Below are positions 12,701 to 24,745 of a stretch of 64,000 nt of DNA, in pieces. The position numbers and the translations under genes are program-made. Where the stretch lies: contig CAJFCJ010000019.1 of NCBI GenBank assembly GCA_904063045.1, positions 1,503,700 to 1,567,699 on the forward strand, written 5' to 3'. The stretch comes from Dimorphilus gyrociliatus (taxonomy: Eukaryota > Animalia > Annelida). How positions within the stretch are numbered: the stretch's first letter is position 1; every line of letters begins with the position of its first letter. The notes beneath the pieces were generated by a model that ran no database searches, was not told the origin of the DNA, and saw only the letters and a list, made by a program, of their open reading frames with translations.

Positions 12701-15662
12701 GATTATGTTCAAGAAACAGAATTGAGTTATTTTATTACAGACTTTTTACCTTTAGCTGCACAATTGAGAAAAAAAGGTAATCATATTGCTTTTTATAGCT
12801 AAAAATATACTAATACCTTCTTATTTTAAAGCTGGTGAATTTGCTGAAGAAAATAGAATGGTAGAAGCTAGAACATATGATGCTCTTCAAGGTCAAATAT
12901 GGTCCTTATTACCCGCCTTCTGTACCAAGCCAATTGATTTAAAACAGGTATGGAACTTAGCCAAAAGAAATTTAATTTTATATTAATTAAACACGACTTT
13001 TTTCTTGCTAGTCATTCGGCGGAATTGCAAAAGTTCTTGGTATTTCTCTAAACGAACGCCCTGATCTAAGATTAGAGGTTTTACAATCTCTAAGAAAATT
13101 AGTTACTTTCAGTATGGAAAACGGTAGGTTAACGTTGAGTTACTTTTCTAACGAAGTAGTCATTAAAGAATATGAAACATTTTTTAGAGTCAAACAAGAG
13201 TGAAATGCAAAAATATGCAAAAAATTACATTCCCATTCTCTTCAATTTGTATTTGGCAGAGAATAAAAATGATAACCAGGACAAAAAAAGACTAGCAGTT
13301 TTAGAAACAATAAAAGTTTACTTTAATGTGACAGAAAGTTCAGTACGTAAATGATTTTCTGTTGTTAGAAAAACAAACGTTCAATTTATAATTGCTCCTT
13401 TTTTCTAGCTGGTAGACGTGTTTTTCAATAAATGCATACAAAAGATTGAAGAAGAGAAGGATTCAAATTCGAAAAAATATGCACTTCTTGATTTGCAATT
13501 GGCAATGATACCTTTCATAAAACTAGAGAATTTATCAACATTGTTAAAATTGGCTTTAGGAAATATGAAAGTAAGTTAGAAGTTAATTTCACATTCAATA
13601 ATATTTCAACCACAAATTTTAACTTTCAGGATGCCGATCATACAGTACAAAAAAAATCCTATAGAGTGCTTGAAGAAATGTGTTCAAAAGAATCCGAAGA
13701 TTGTAAGAAATGTATAATGGAGAATCTGCCACAATTACAGAAGGACTTATTGGATAGCCTTAGTTCCAGCAGTCCGTCTTCGAAAGGAGTAAGTAAAAGC
13801 TATGTTTTAGTTGTTGCACTCTTATTAAAATAATTTAATATTTCGTCAGCCTCGACTCAACTGCTTGACATTTATTGTGAAACACCTGGAATCTGAAAAT
13901 ACTGATTTCATGGAAACAGTCCTGCCTGAGGTAAGGTTCCATTATTACACTAACTTTCAAATGTTAATACAATTATCAACTACAGGCTATTTTATGCACG
14001 AAAGAAGCTTCTTCGAAAGCTAGACAAGCTGCTTTCAATTTGCTTTTAGAAATGTGTAGAACTTTACAAAGATGGCGTCCTGATCAGTCTACAGAGGAAA
14101 ATATTAAAAATTATCTATATATGGTATTAGCAGGTTTAGCGGGTTCTCCACATATGATATCAACAACGTCTTTGGCTGTATCGAAGATTGTGTATTACTT
14201 TAAAAGTACTATTTTGTTCTTGCTTAAAAACAACTCTAAGTGTATTCTTTTCCACAGAAAATATAGAGAAAGAACTTCTGAGCGACTTAATTGAAATGGT
14301 TTGCGCTTTGCTATCCCACAAAGGAAAAGAAGTTGTCGATTCAGCTTTGACTCTATTGAAAGTTTTATTAGGACAGTTTGACAGGGAATTTCTCTATCCT
14401 GCATTACCTGCTGTGGTAAGTTGTCCGTTTATGAAAATAATGTAATTACTATTGGGATTTGTAATGTTTAGATTAAGAGTTTAATTACTATGAAAGAAGA
14501 GAACAAGCATCACATAAGATCTAAAACAAAAGCAATTTTTGTTAAATTGGTGAAAAAATTTGGGTAAGATGATTATTTATATCATATAGTAACTCTTTAA
14601 TAACAGCGCAAACTTTGAGCAGATTTGAAATCATTCGCAAGTCAGTTCCTGAGTCAATGCACAAATTGCTCAGAGGTATTAAGAAGAAAGAGGATAGGTC
14701 GCAACGCTTAAAAGAGAAATCAAAGGAAGAAGATTCCGAAAGTGAAAATGAATTTGATGCAAAAGCTCAGCCCGATAGGTAAATTAATATTATCACTAAA
14801 TGAAAATATAAAGTCTAATACACGTCTTGTAACAGCATAGAGGAATTGCTGCGAGATACAGACTCTGAGGTCGAGGAAGATGGAAACAAAGAGTCAAATA
14901 AAAAGAAAAAGAAAGTGAAGAAATCAAAAGAAACTAGAAAAGGCGCCTGGATAAAAGAAGGAGATGACGATGAAATTGTTGACTTTTTAGGTGGCTCATT
15001 AGCCAAACAAGTTATGGGTACGCACCGATGTTATTACATTGACAATAATTTGATTTATAAATAATTTAATCACATTTATCATCAGCTTCCAAGCCCCAAA
15101 GTGACAAACGATCCAAAGAAAAAGATAGTAATAGAGGATTTAAAACAACAAAGGATGGAAAACTTATTATAGCCGATGAAGAGGATGAAAAGTCCGCCAA
15201 AAAGCCCAAAGCAGTGAAGGAAGAAGAAATAGATAATTTAAGTGAACTTTTAGATGCCATGGGAGGGCATAGAAAACGAAAACACAAAACTGCTGTCGAT
15301 AGTGATGACGAGGTACCAATGAAGTACCAAGCCGGTGGTAGTGGTATTCATAGACCTACCCCTCATTCTAATAAAACCGATAGCGAAGATTTTGGAGCCG
15401 GCCAATACAAATCCAAAAAAGCAGGAGGTGACGTAAAGAGAAAGGGTAAACCCGATCCTTTCGCATACGTGCCCTTACAAATGTCGGCATTGAATAAGAG
15501 GTTCGTTTTTTTATTTTCATTATTGTCAATATTTAAGTCATTACTAAAAATATTTTTAGGAAAAAAGCGAAATTGGCAGGAAAATTTAAGAACATCGTAA
15601 AAGGAGCACAGAAAGGTGCAGCTAAAGGCCAAAAAGCCAGAAGCAAACTAAAAAGGAAGTAG
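9799..15662 (+). CDS. RRP12: RRP12-like HEAT-repeat ribosome biogenesis protein (NUC173); many short introns
   Basis: N-terminal KGKKWKKGQSCSSNP; TFSTWASNWTSCTNTTFSRIHRYW; LYMVLAGLAGSPHMIS; C-terminal KAGGDVKRKGKPDPFAYVPL and KKAKLAGKFKNIVKGAQKG; stop TAG 15660-15662. Confidence 0.92.
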
Positions 15663-15842
15663 TATTGACTAAGAAAATATTTGTTAAGAAGAATCATGAA
15701 ACATCTTTTAATTGAGGAATGCTTTGTATAGGTTATCTGATTTGGTTAATATTGTACGATTTAACATTTAAATTTCTTGAATAAGTATTTTCGTAGAAAA
15801 ATAAAAATTTATAGAAAGCAACTAATATGCAGTTATTTCCTA

Positions 15843-16839
15843 TTATAACTTTTCACACTTATCAATTCTCCATTTTCTATGTTGTCTTCTTTTGTAATAG
15901 CAAAATATTTCAAAACAAGTAACTAATAATGCACAAATAATCATAAAAAACAAAATTAAAAACAACCCCCATAATGGTACCCTTTTTCTGATTTCTCGAC
16001 CTTTAGATCTAACTTCGTACTGAGTGAAACCTTTATCTATTTGACAGTCCCTAGAAGAATGTGCCCCTTTCCATTGAGTTACTGTTCCAGCAGGGCATTC
16101 AAAGCAAACAACTTGACCAGGTTTCTCTTGATAAAATCCATAACCACAAGAATAGCAATTGTTTTGTTGCTCAAAAAATCCAGGCAAACACGGAGTGCAA
16201 TGTTTGTTACCAAAAGTTTGATTAATTCCATCTCTCTAAAGAATTTTCACATTCATTATTAAAATAAATATACTGTATTTATATCCATGACGCTTACTTT
16301 TAAGTAGCCGCTTGGACAATCGCTTTCAATAGTCTTAAGTTTCCTCCAAACGTGAATATAAATAATTTTCCTTAAAACTGATCGAATTCCGTGTTTTTTA
16401 GCTTCCAAAAAGCTTGTATAAATACCACTATCACTCATCATTACAGGAAAAATCTTTATCCTCCCATCTTCGTAAATAACAAATCTTTGACGAGGTAGTT
16501 TTATTATACTTTTAGAAGAATCAAACCATGTATAGGTTATGTCTGTTAAATGAATATACCAATACTGTCTTGGCGGTTCGAGGAATATGCCACTATTTTC
16601 TTCGACCCATTCGTGATATTCAGTAAACCATTGCCTATGTCCATACCATTCTTCTGTTACATTAGATTGGTTATACTATTTGAATAATTATCAAACATTA
16701 CGGAAATTAATATTAATTCATTTTTCAAACGTTTTACCGTAAAGCGATTCATATTAATATTCATAAGATTTTCAAAGGTCAAAATCACTTTAACATTTGT
16801 CACAGCAATGAAAAGTTGAGAAATAGTAAATTGAATCAT
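15843..16839 (-). CDS. Putative type I membrane protein: N-terminal hydrophobic segment, Ig-like domain, GCC2/GCC3 (ephrin-receptor-like) Cys repeat, TM helix, short basic tail; probably 3 exons
   Basis: Middle exon reads ...YTWFDSSKSIIKLPRQRFVIYEDGRIKIFPVMMSDSGIYTSF (Ig-like DSGxY). Last exon has CYSCGYGFYQEKPGQVVCFECPAGTVTQWKGAHSSRDC, then LWGLFLILFFMIICALLVTCFEIFC. First exon and start are uncertain. Confidence 0.6.
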
Positions 16840-17818
16840 AATTCAAATGAATATGACGTCATTTCAAAGTAGTATGTTAGCTACTCGAAAAAAATTTTAT
16901 TCCTTTATCATTGATGAATATTTATGTTCAATATCTTGTCTAAGTAAAAAAGGAACTGTTAGCACAATTTTATCTTTACAATCAATATATTTAGATATAA
17001 TCTACGATTGTACATTACATTGTAAAACTTTAGTGACAGTCACAAAAAGGTAGGACAATGCGGTTATTCTATTCAATTATTTAGATACCTTAAAGTAGAA
17101 CTTTGGAAACTTTTAATCTATTTTGCAGTATAACTCTATTTTCAAACACAATGTGCTAGCTTGATGTCTATGGTGGGCTATTAAATTATGATAAATCTAG
17201 TTTGTACAAAGATATCTATTATCTTAATATTGTCTCTTAATAATAAAGAAACTTATTTTGTTTTTATCTTATTATCGCTCAAAAATGAGTATGAAACTAT
17301 GTATAAAGACCAACTAATTCTTATAGAATATTTAAAATAAATATTCAGTGTTAACTCTTCAATAACTCTATCAATGTTAGTTATATAAAGAATCTATATC
17401 ATAAAAAAAGCATACGATCCTTTCCCCAAAATACAGATAAAACAGCCGCTACTTTTTTATTTTGAAAAATTTCTGAACAGTATATATTGCGAATTTTCAG
17501 CTAAAGGGGGCCTTGCAAATATTTAGCGATACAATATCGTTTAGTAAAAAACAAGGCCCTATTACGGAAAATGTCTATGGCGACAATGAAAAAACAGAAT
17601 TCTATGATGTAGAAGCAGAAATTGAGCCGATAGATTGGTGTAGAAAAATTTTAACGAGTACTTAAATTGCCCAGGAAGTTAATAGAATAGTTTTTAAATA
17701 CGCCTTCTGCTAAACATTTATAATAACCCGTCTTCCTTCGACGAATTATTTTGTATTCTGAGCGCCATCTATTAACAAAAGTGATTTACACTCTTCCACC
17801 AGAAAAAAGGATAAAAAT

Positions 17819-19865
17819 ATGAACCTACGACATCTCTTAACCTATGTTCCCAAGAGAATTGTAATTTTTGGTATATTAGTAATATTCTCAGTGTTTTATA
17901 TAAAAAATCACCTTATTGGACACCATTTATTGTATGTAACACACAACTTGGTGCACGACGTGCAGCGTGCAGATGAAATGGAAGAGAATTTTCTAAAAAA
18001 TTTCCAACATAGCAGCGACAAATACATATTGGATACACCCAACTGTAAAATTGAGAACCTCCATCCATTTGATTCAAGTATTAAACCTTTAGTGTATGGA
18101 CATAAACCAGAAGAGTGCATAAATAAAGTCTGGTTGCAGCCACTTACCTATCTAAAAAATGGAATTTTGAGCATTAATTCTACGATTCAAAATAGATATT
18201 TCTCATCAGCTATTCGATCTGTTCGAACCTGTAAATACCGAGCAGTTATTCGACCAAAAGGAGATGATTTCAATATAAAATACGGAAAGCCAGTCACGTT
18301 TTCAAAATCTGTAGAAGTGAAGAGTGAATTCATATTTGTTGTATGCTACAATTTTCTATGGTGGAAACTGTATGAAAATTTTCATTCTCAAGTGGTAAAA
18401 AAACACAAAGAACCACGCCAAGTTGACGACAAAAGATTAAATGTTCTACTTTTAGGTATTGATTCTATGTCAAGATTAAATATGTTGCGTCATATGAGCC
18501 ATCTACGTAAGATCTTAATAGACAACGGTGCTATTGAAATGACTGGTAAGTAATTATTCATGCCTGTATAAAAGATTAAAATTTTGTAATATTTATAATA
18601 TGATATCTTTGCAACAGCTTTAAATAAAGTAGCAATGAATACCTTGGTAAATCTCACTCCAATGCTTACTGGAAAATTTTTAAAAGAATTTCCTGATATA
18701 GATAGTAATACACCATTTGACAATTATCCATATATTTGGAAAAATTTCTCATCGTCTGGTTACGCTACTCTGGAGTCTGAAGATGCAATGATGGCTTTCA
18801 ACTATTTAGCAGGAGGATTTAAAAATCCTCCAACCGATCATTATACAAGACCTTTTATGTTAGCTGCAGATTTCTCTGAATTGGATAAAAATTCTGCATC
18901 TAAGATTTGCTTGGGACCAAAAACTCGAATTCAAATTTTATTGGAGTATTTAAATGATTTTATAAAGTATGGTCTATCAAAACTATTTAATTTATCAATT
19001 GTTTATAGTCTGCTTTGTTTCTCTCTCTAGATCGTACGAAAATATTCCTCATTGGGCTCTTATGTTTTTATCTTCTGCTTCTCACAACTATGCAAACGAC
19101 GTATCGAGAGTTCGTCATTTATACGAAGATTTTATAGTAAATTCTTTCAAGTCTGGTGCTTTCGAAAATACTCTTTTGATATTCTTTAGCGACCATGGTA
19201 TTAGGTTTGGTCCTTTGAGGGCAACTCCTCAAGGGTGGTTTGAGGATAGAACACCTTTTATGTTCTTCTGGTTTCCCAAATGGTTTAGGGATGAAAATAA
19301 ACATTTAATTGATAATTTGAAAACAAATAGTCGACGTCTAATTACGTTTTTTGATGTTCATGAAACTCTTAAAGACATTCTAAAATTCGAACCAAACAAA
19401 ATTATTAACAGACAGATTTCTTTAAACCAGAGGGGCATCAGTTTGTTTAACAAAGTTCCACTAAATCGAACGTGCATATCAGCTCAGATACCGCTCGAAT
19501 ATTGTGTTTGTTCTTCTTCAACTACCGCAAAGCTAAGTAGGAAAGAAATAAACAGAGGAGCTAATTTTATGGTCAATCATCTAAACAAGTTAATATCAAT
19601 TGAGGCCTATCACTGCGTACAGTTGAAACTTCTACAGATAATAGACGCAAAAAGGCTGGGCCAAGAAAAAGATTATCTCATCTTATTAACTATACAAGTT
19701 GCTCCATCTAGTGCTATATTTGAAGGTATATTGAAGGTAAATAGTGACAATACAATAAGACTTCAGGGAGATATTAATAGAACTAATAAATATGGAAAAC
19801 AGTCTCACTGTGTTAAAACTCGAGCAATAAGAGAATTTTGTATGTGCAAAGACGTTGCAGTATAA
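17819..19865 (+). CDS. DUF229 family protein (alkaline phosphatase/sulfatase-like), type II membrane; 3 exons
   Basis: N-terminal TM (RIVIFGILVIFSVFYI); LNVLLLGIDSMSRLN; spliced LNKVAMNTLVNLTPMLTG; FFSDHGIRFG; RLITFFDVHETLKDIL; C-terminal RTCISAQIPLEYCVC. Confidence 0.85.
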
Positions 19866-20133
19866 ATTGAAAGAAATGTATTTTTTTGTTCTTATTTGAA
19901 AATGAGATTTGAAATTTGCGTTTGAAAATCATTCCTATTGTTTCAAGACTATTGCCAAAATTTTACTGTTATTACAAGGCGTTGTTAAAAGAATGTTGAC
20001 TTGTAATTATTTATACAGAAAAAAAATATAAATATGTGATTTGAAAACCTTTTTTGTATTTTTATCAAATTCACGAAAGGTGCTAATACTCTAGAATACT
20101 ATATCTAATGTCGAATTATCTTCATTACATCTT

Positions 20134-20898
20134 TTAACGTGCATCTTCGACACCAGCCTGAGTCATCAGATCAGCAATATTCTTCTCCAAATCGTCAATT
20201 CTCTGACCCATTTCATCAAGTAAGCATAAAGTTAAGGAAGGTATAATATTTCATTATTTATATTATTCAATAAGTTATTTACCTTAGTGATTATTACATT
20301 ATTAAAGAAACTGTAATTTTATTAGTGTTTTAAAATATATATTATATATAAGAAACCGACAAAAATTTATGAAAAGGTCTTATCTAAAGTTTACTTATAC
20401 TCTTTTCCAGAAAAGAGCTTTACGATCTATACCTATCAGAATTTTTTTTATATATAATATAAAAAATCTGGTTCAAAAGAAACTTAGTTGACAAAATGAT
20501 TTTCGCAGGTAATTCAATACAATTCAATTGATTATTTGTCTTATCGATTTCTAATGCTTTCGCCTCCACCTTCACTTAATGGTTTGACCATTAAATTACT
20601 CTCTCTTTAGAACATTCTATTGAAATTATTAAATAAAATGAATTTATAAAACATTATTTCCATATTTCAAACTTAAAAAAAGGATATTTCTATTCAAAAC
20701 TTGGTCGCTCATGGTTTGAAATTTGTCCTGCATTTGCTGCATTATGTTCTGGACCTGTTTGAACAGATTCAAACGATGAAATTCTGAAACAATATGTAAA
20801 TTAATAATTTGAACACTTACGAATTGTGTCAACTCTTGAACAGATTTTGGATCAGAGTTTGCTACTGTGAAATCGCGGTTAGCGTTAGTCGTTTCCAT
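20134..20898 (-). CDS. HSBP1: Heat shock factor-binding protein 1; 3 exons, second intron AT-AC
   Basis: Spliced product [76 protein letters not shown], closely matching HSBP1 [40 protein letters not shown]. Confidence 0.95.
20220..20687 (-). other. U12-type (minor spliceosome) AT-AC intron, 468 nt
   Basis: 5' end ATATCCTTTT at 20687; branch point TTCCTTAAC (minus strand, 20231-20239); 3' end ...GCTTAC at 20220. Removing it restores the HSBP1 frame (R-I-D-E-M). Confidence 0.95.
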
Positions 20899-21432
20899 CG
20901 CAATCTTCCTGTTTGTGTTTGAGATTGACGAAATTGCTTTAACCAGTTTTAGATCAAGTCTAGCCTGGAACCTTATTCGATTCCAATAGTATGGCTCACA
21001 AGATAGTAATCCGGTATCTGTAACGAGGCTTTTGCTTATTACACTGAATGATTGTAAAATTGAAGATAAATAATTAGGTGATTAAAGACAACTATTCATA
21101 GATACTAATTAATATTCAACAATCCATAAGTTAACTTGCATGACATATAGTAGAAATGGTAATATAGCTATAACTCGGAAAGTAAAATTGTAACATTTTT
21201 CCTAATGACGAGTTGTCATCATATTACTTTACTACGAATAAGACAGCTTCTTAGTAAAAAAAAGATATGGCCATTTTAAAAAAAAGATTTTAAATGAAAT
21301 TTTCTTTTACGATTACAATCCAAATTTGAAATAAACAAATAATAACAAAAAGAATTAGATATAAATCATAATGATCTTTATCTTAGTATGGATGATGTAA
21401 TAGTTACGTAACTTCCTATTTCTTTTTCTAGG

Positions 21433-22566
21433 ATGGAAGCAGCAAAAATTTACTTGGATTACAATGCTACGACCCCAGTAGCTCCCGAAGTTGTTGAAGT
21501 TGTTTCCCATAGCTTAAAGGACCTTTGGGGCAACCCAAGCAGCTCGCATGAATATGGTTTCAAAGCAAAAGAAGCTATTGCAAAGTCGAGAAATGAGCTA
21601 GCTAAAATGATAGGAGCGACATCTCATGAAATTATTTTCACTTCTGGTGGAACTGAAGCAAATAATATGGTCATTGAAAGTATAACGAAGCTGTATACGA
21701 ACGCGCATATTATTACAACTACACTTGAACATCCGTCTATAAAACAACCTTTGGAACACGTCCCTGAAAGCATATCAGTGTCGTATATCTCAGCTAAAGA
21801 ACAAAGTGGGTGTGCCGTTGACGTTGAAGATGTTATTTCAGCAATAAGGCCGAACACAAAATTAGTCAGCATTATGTTAGCAAACAACGAAACTGGAGTA
21901 ATTCAACCAATTAGAGAGATAGCTAATGCTGTTAAGCAATTAAATCCTAAAATTCTCGTTCATACCGATGCTGCTCAAGCCATTGGAAAAATTCCTGTTA
22001 ATGTTAACAATTTGAATGTTGATCTTTTGACCATAGTTGGTCATAAGTTTTATGGTCCTCGTAATGGGGCGTTATACATTCGCTCAGGATGCAAAATACT
22101 ACCTTTAATGTATGGTGGTAATCAAGAATCAACCTTAAGATCAGGAACAGAAAATACTCCAATGATAGTCGGTCTAGGAGAGGCCGCCAGATTAGTAAAC
22201 TGTAACCTTAAGTCATACAGCACAAAATATGCAACAGTTAGAGATTATATGGAGGAAAAGCTAAAGGAATTGCCGAATGTTATTATTAATGGACAGAGTG
22301 ATGTGAGAGAACGTTTACCAAATACTTGTAATGTGTCATTTCTTGGATTCAATGGTAGGGAAATATTGAAAAAGTGTCAAGTTACGTTGGCCAGCACAGG
22401 CGCAGCATGCCATTCTAGTGAAACGAAAGTTTCATCTATTTTGTTGGCATCGGGGATACCAAAAGAGAGAGCCGCGGGAGCAGTGAGATTAAGTATAGGG
22501 AGGGAGACAACCTTTTCTGACATTGATATTGTAGTGAAAGAGCTAAAAGAAATTGTTTCTAAATAA
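21433..22566 (+). CDS. SCLY: Selenocysteine lyase (class V PLP aminotransferase, group I NifS-like); single coding exon
   Basis: IYLDYNATTP, IIFTSGGTEANN, MLANNETG, HTDAAQ, SCLY-type LTIVGHKFYGP, GTENTPMI, catalytic-Cys loop STGAACHS. No mitochondrial presequence. Confidence 0.88.
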   Translation: MEAAKIYLDYNATTPVAPEVVEVVSHSLKDLWGNPSSSHEYGFKAKEAIAKSRNELAKMIGATSHEIIFTSGGTEANNMVIESITKLYTNAHIITTTLEHPSIKQPLEHVPESISVSYISAKEQSGCAVDVEDVISAIRPNTKLVSIMLANNETGVIQPIREIANAVKQLNPKILVHTDAAQAIGKIPVNVNNLNVDLLTIVGHKFYGPRNGALYIRSGCKILPLMYGGNQESTLRSGTENTPMIVGLGEAARLVNCNLKSYSTKYATVRDYMEEKLKELPNVIINGQSDVRERLPNTCNVSFLGFNGREILKKCQVTLASTGAACHSSETKVSSILLASGIPKERAAGAVRLSIGRETTFSDIDIVVKELKEIVSK

Positions 22567-22670
22567 AAATCACAACGCATATTTCTTTCATTTTTTATTT
22601 TATTCAAATCGGCAAAAAACCAGTTGGGGTCAACATAATTAAAACGTCCTTCAACAACATCGGCTGTTTC

Positions 22671-23730
22671 TTAACGAGCAGCCAAACCGACTTGCCAAAC
22701 ACGGATGAGGTTGTCAGTATAGCCAGCAAAGAGAGTTTGGCCATCAGCCGACCATGCGAGGCAAGTACACTCTGGAGCACGAGCATTGACAACATCTGGA
22801 CGAAGTTCGTCAACAACGACTTTTCCTTCCAAATCCCAGATCTTAATAGAAGGTCCGGTAGCAGCACACAACCAGTATCTGTTGGGGCTGAAGGTGAGAG
22901 CGTTGATGATGTCTCCACTGTCCAAAGTATACAAATGCTTTCCTTCATTTAAGTCCCAGAGCATAGCTTGTCCGTCTTTGCCACCAGAGGCACAAAGAGA
23001 ACCATCTGGAGAGACAGCTACGTAGTTCAAATAGCCGGTATGACCATAGTGGTTGGTCTTTAGCTTGCAGTTGGTCAAGTTCCAGACCTTGATAAGTCTG
23101 TCCCAACCGCTGGATACGATGATGGGATTTTGTGTGTTTGGTGAAAATCGAACACAAGATACCCAATCGGTATGTCCTTCTTCTTGTTGGATAGTGTATT
23201 TGCAAACACCCAAAGTGTTCCACAATTTAATAGACTTGTCTCGGGAGCCAGATACAATTTGGCGGTTGTCAGCTGAGAAAGCTACGCTAAGGACGTCCTT
23301 GGTGTGGCCAAGAAATCGGCGAGTAGTTACTCCACTATAAAATTTTTTACATATGTTAACGAAATTTTGTACAGTTTTCCTACCACTTACTTAGATAAAT
23401 CCCACAATCTTAGGGTGCTATCCCAAGAGCCAGACAAAGCAAATTGACCATCTGAGGACATGACTACATCAGAAACGAAGTGGCTATGTCCACGGAGAGC
23501 TCTTTGGGGGACACCGTAGTTGCTGCCAGCATCATCACGGGTAAGTTTCCACATGATGAGGGACTTGTCTGTGTGAAATACTGAGTTTAAAACACTTTAA
23601 CGTGAATATAAGTACACGCACCTCTCGATGCCGACAAGATCATGTCGGGATATTGGGGAGTGGTGGCAATTTGGGTAACCCAACCACCATGTCCTTGAAG
23701 GACACCTCTCATAACCATCTGTTCACCCAT
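22671..23730 (-). CDS. RACK1: RACK1 (receptor for activated C kinase 1), 7-bladed WD40; 3 exons
   Basis: [40 protein letters not shown]; [14 protein letters not shown]; [19 protein letters not shown]; [24 protein letters not shown]. Confidence 0.98.
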
Positions 23731-23809
23731 AATCGTCTTTCGATCAACTTTAAAATCACAAGATTTTTGACGATAGATATTTTCGACCACGACGACCGCT
23801 GCCGAAACC

Positions 23810-23829
23810 GGAAAAGGAAGATACACGTG
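23810..23829 (-). promoter_or_regulatory. TCT/5'TOP-like pyrimidine initiator (CTTCCTTTTCC) with adjacent E-box CACGTG upstream of RACK1
   Basis: Minus strand reads TCACGTGTAT-CTTCCTTTTCCGG about 80-90 nt before the RACK1 ATG. RACK1 is a ribosome-associated TOP-class gene. TSS not directly observable. Confidence 0.55.
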
Positions 23830-24745
23830 ACGAGACAGCAGCCATCGGTTTCTTTCTAGATGACACCACTATCGTGTGGCGGTAAATTCAAATTTATTTT
23901 ATTCCTGGAATCAGCTGTTTTCAACTACCTAATATTATATTAAATTTTATGTTTTTCACTATATTCCCAGTGCAGATGGCTAAATAAATATTAATTGACA
24001 GATATATCTAAATGAGAGCTGTTATCATTCTTCGTTCGATTAAAAATTAGCCTTTTAAGAAAATCATTCTGCCAAGATGGAAAATTTATTATATGAAAAA
24101 ATTATTTTATCACATTAAAAATAGTTGAAGAAACAAACATAAAACACTTCAAAATTAAGTGAAAGATGACCAATATTTGTCAGCAATGAAGACCACCCTA
24201 GTAAACAGTCTTATTTATTTAACCATTTTTTGTTTGGTATCTATATAAACAATATAAATTTCGTGCATTACTTATCCTCTTAGCCACGTCTAGACGATGA
24301 TTTTTTAAGTAGTAAATTGAAAAGTTAAGTAAAGGAACTATAAATTTGCTAGTGTGCAATTAACGCAATTCGCTGCATAGTTCTTACCATATTTTACCAT
24401 TTATGCAACGTGCTGTGAATCTCTTACCTACAAATCTAGACCCTCTCAACCGATTGTACAAAATTATCAGTCACCTTGTTACTACAATTATAAGGACACC
24501 CATATCGGTTTACACACTCTTTTATCAGGTTTATGAAGGTCGAAATTATCAGAGGACTTACCTTATACCTTTGATAATTTTTTTTAAAGAAACCACTTTT
24601 TATTTACTTTGAAATTATATTTACAAAGTAGCGTTTGATATTAATACTATGGCAAATAATTTATACATATCTACGCAAAACACTTTAAGCGGTAACAATG
24701 GTGTCACAGTTACGAAAATATTTATTAATCTATTGACGATGTTTC

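Noticed and set aside
23338-23623. Intronic snoRNAs in RACK1, as in vertebrates
   Set aside because: Both introns are only about 55 nt, too short to host C/D snoRNAs.
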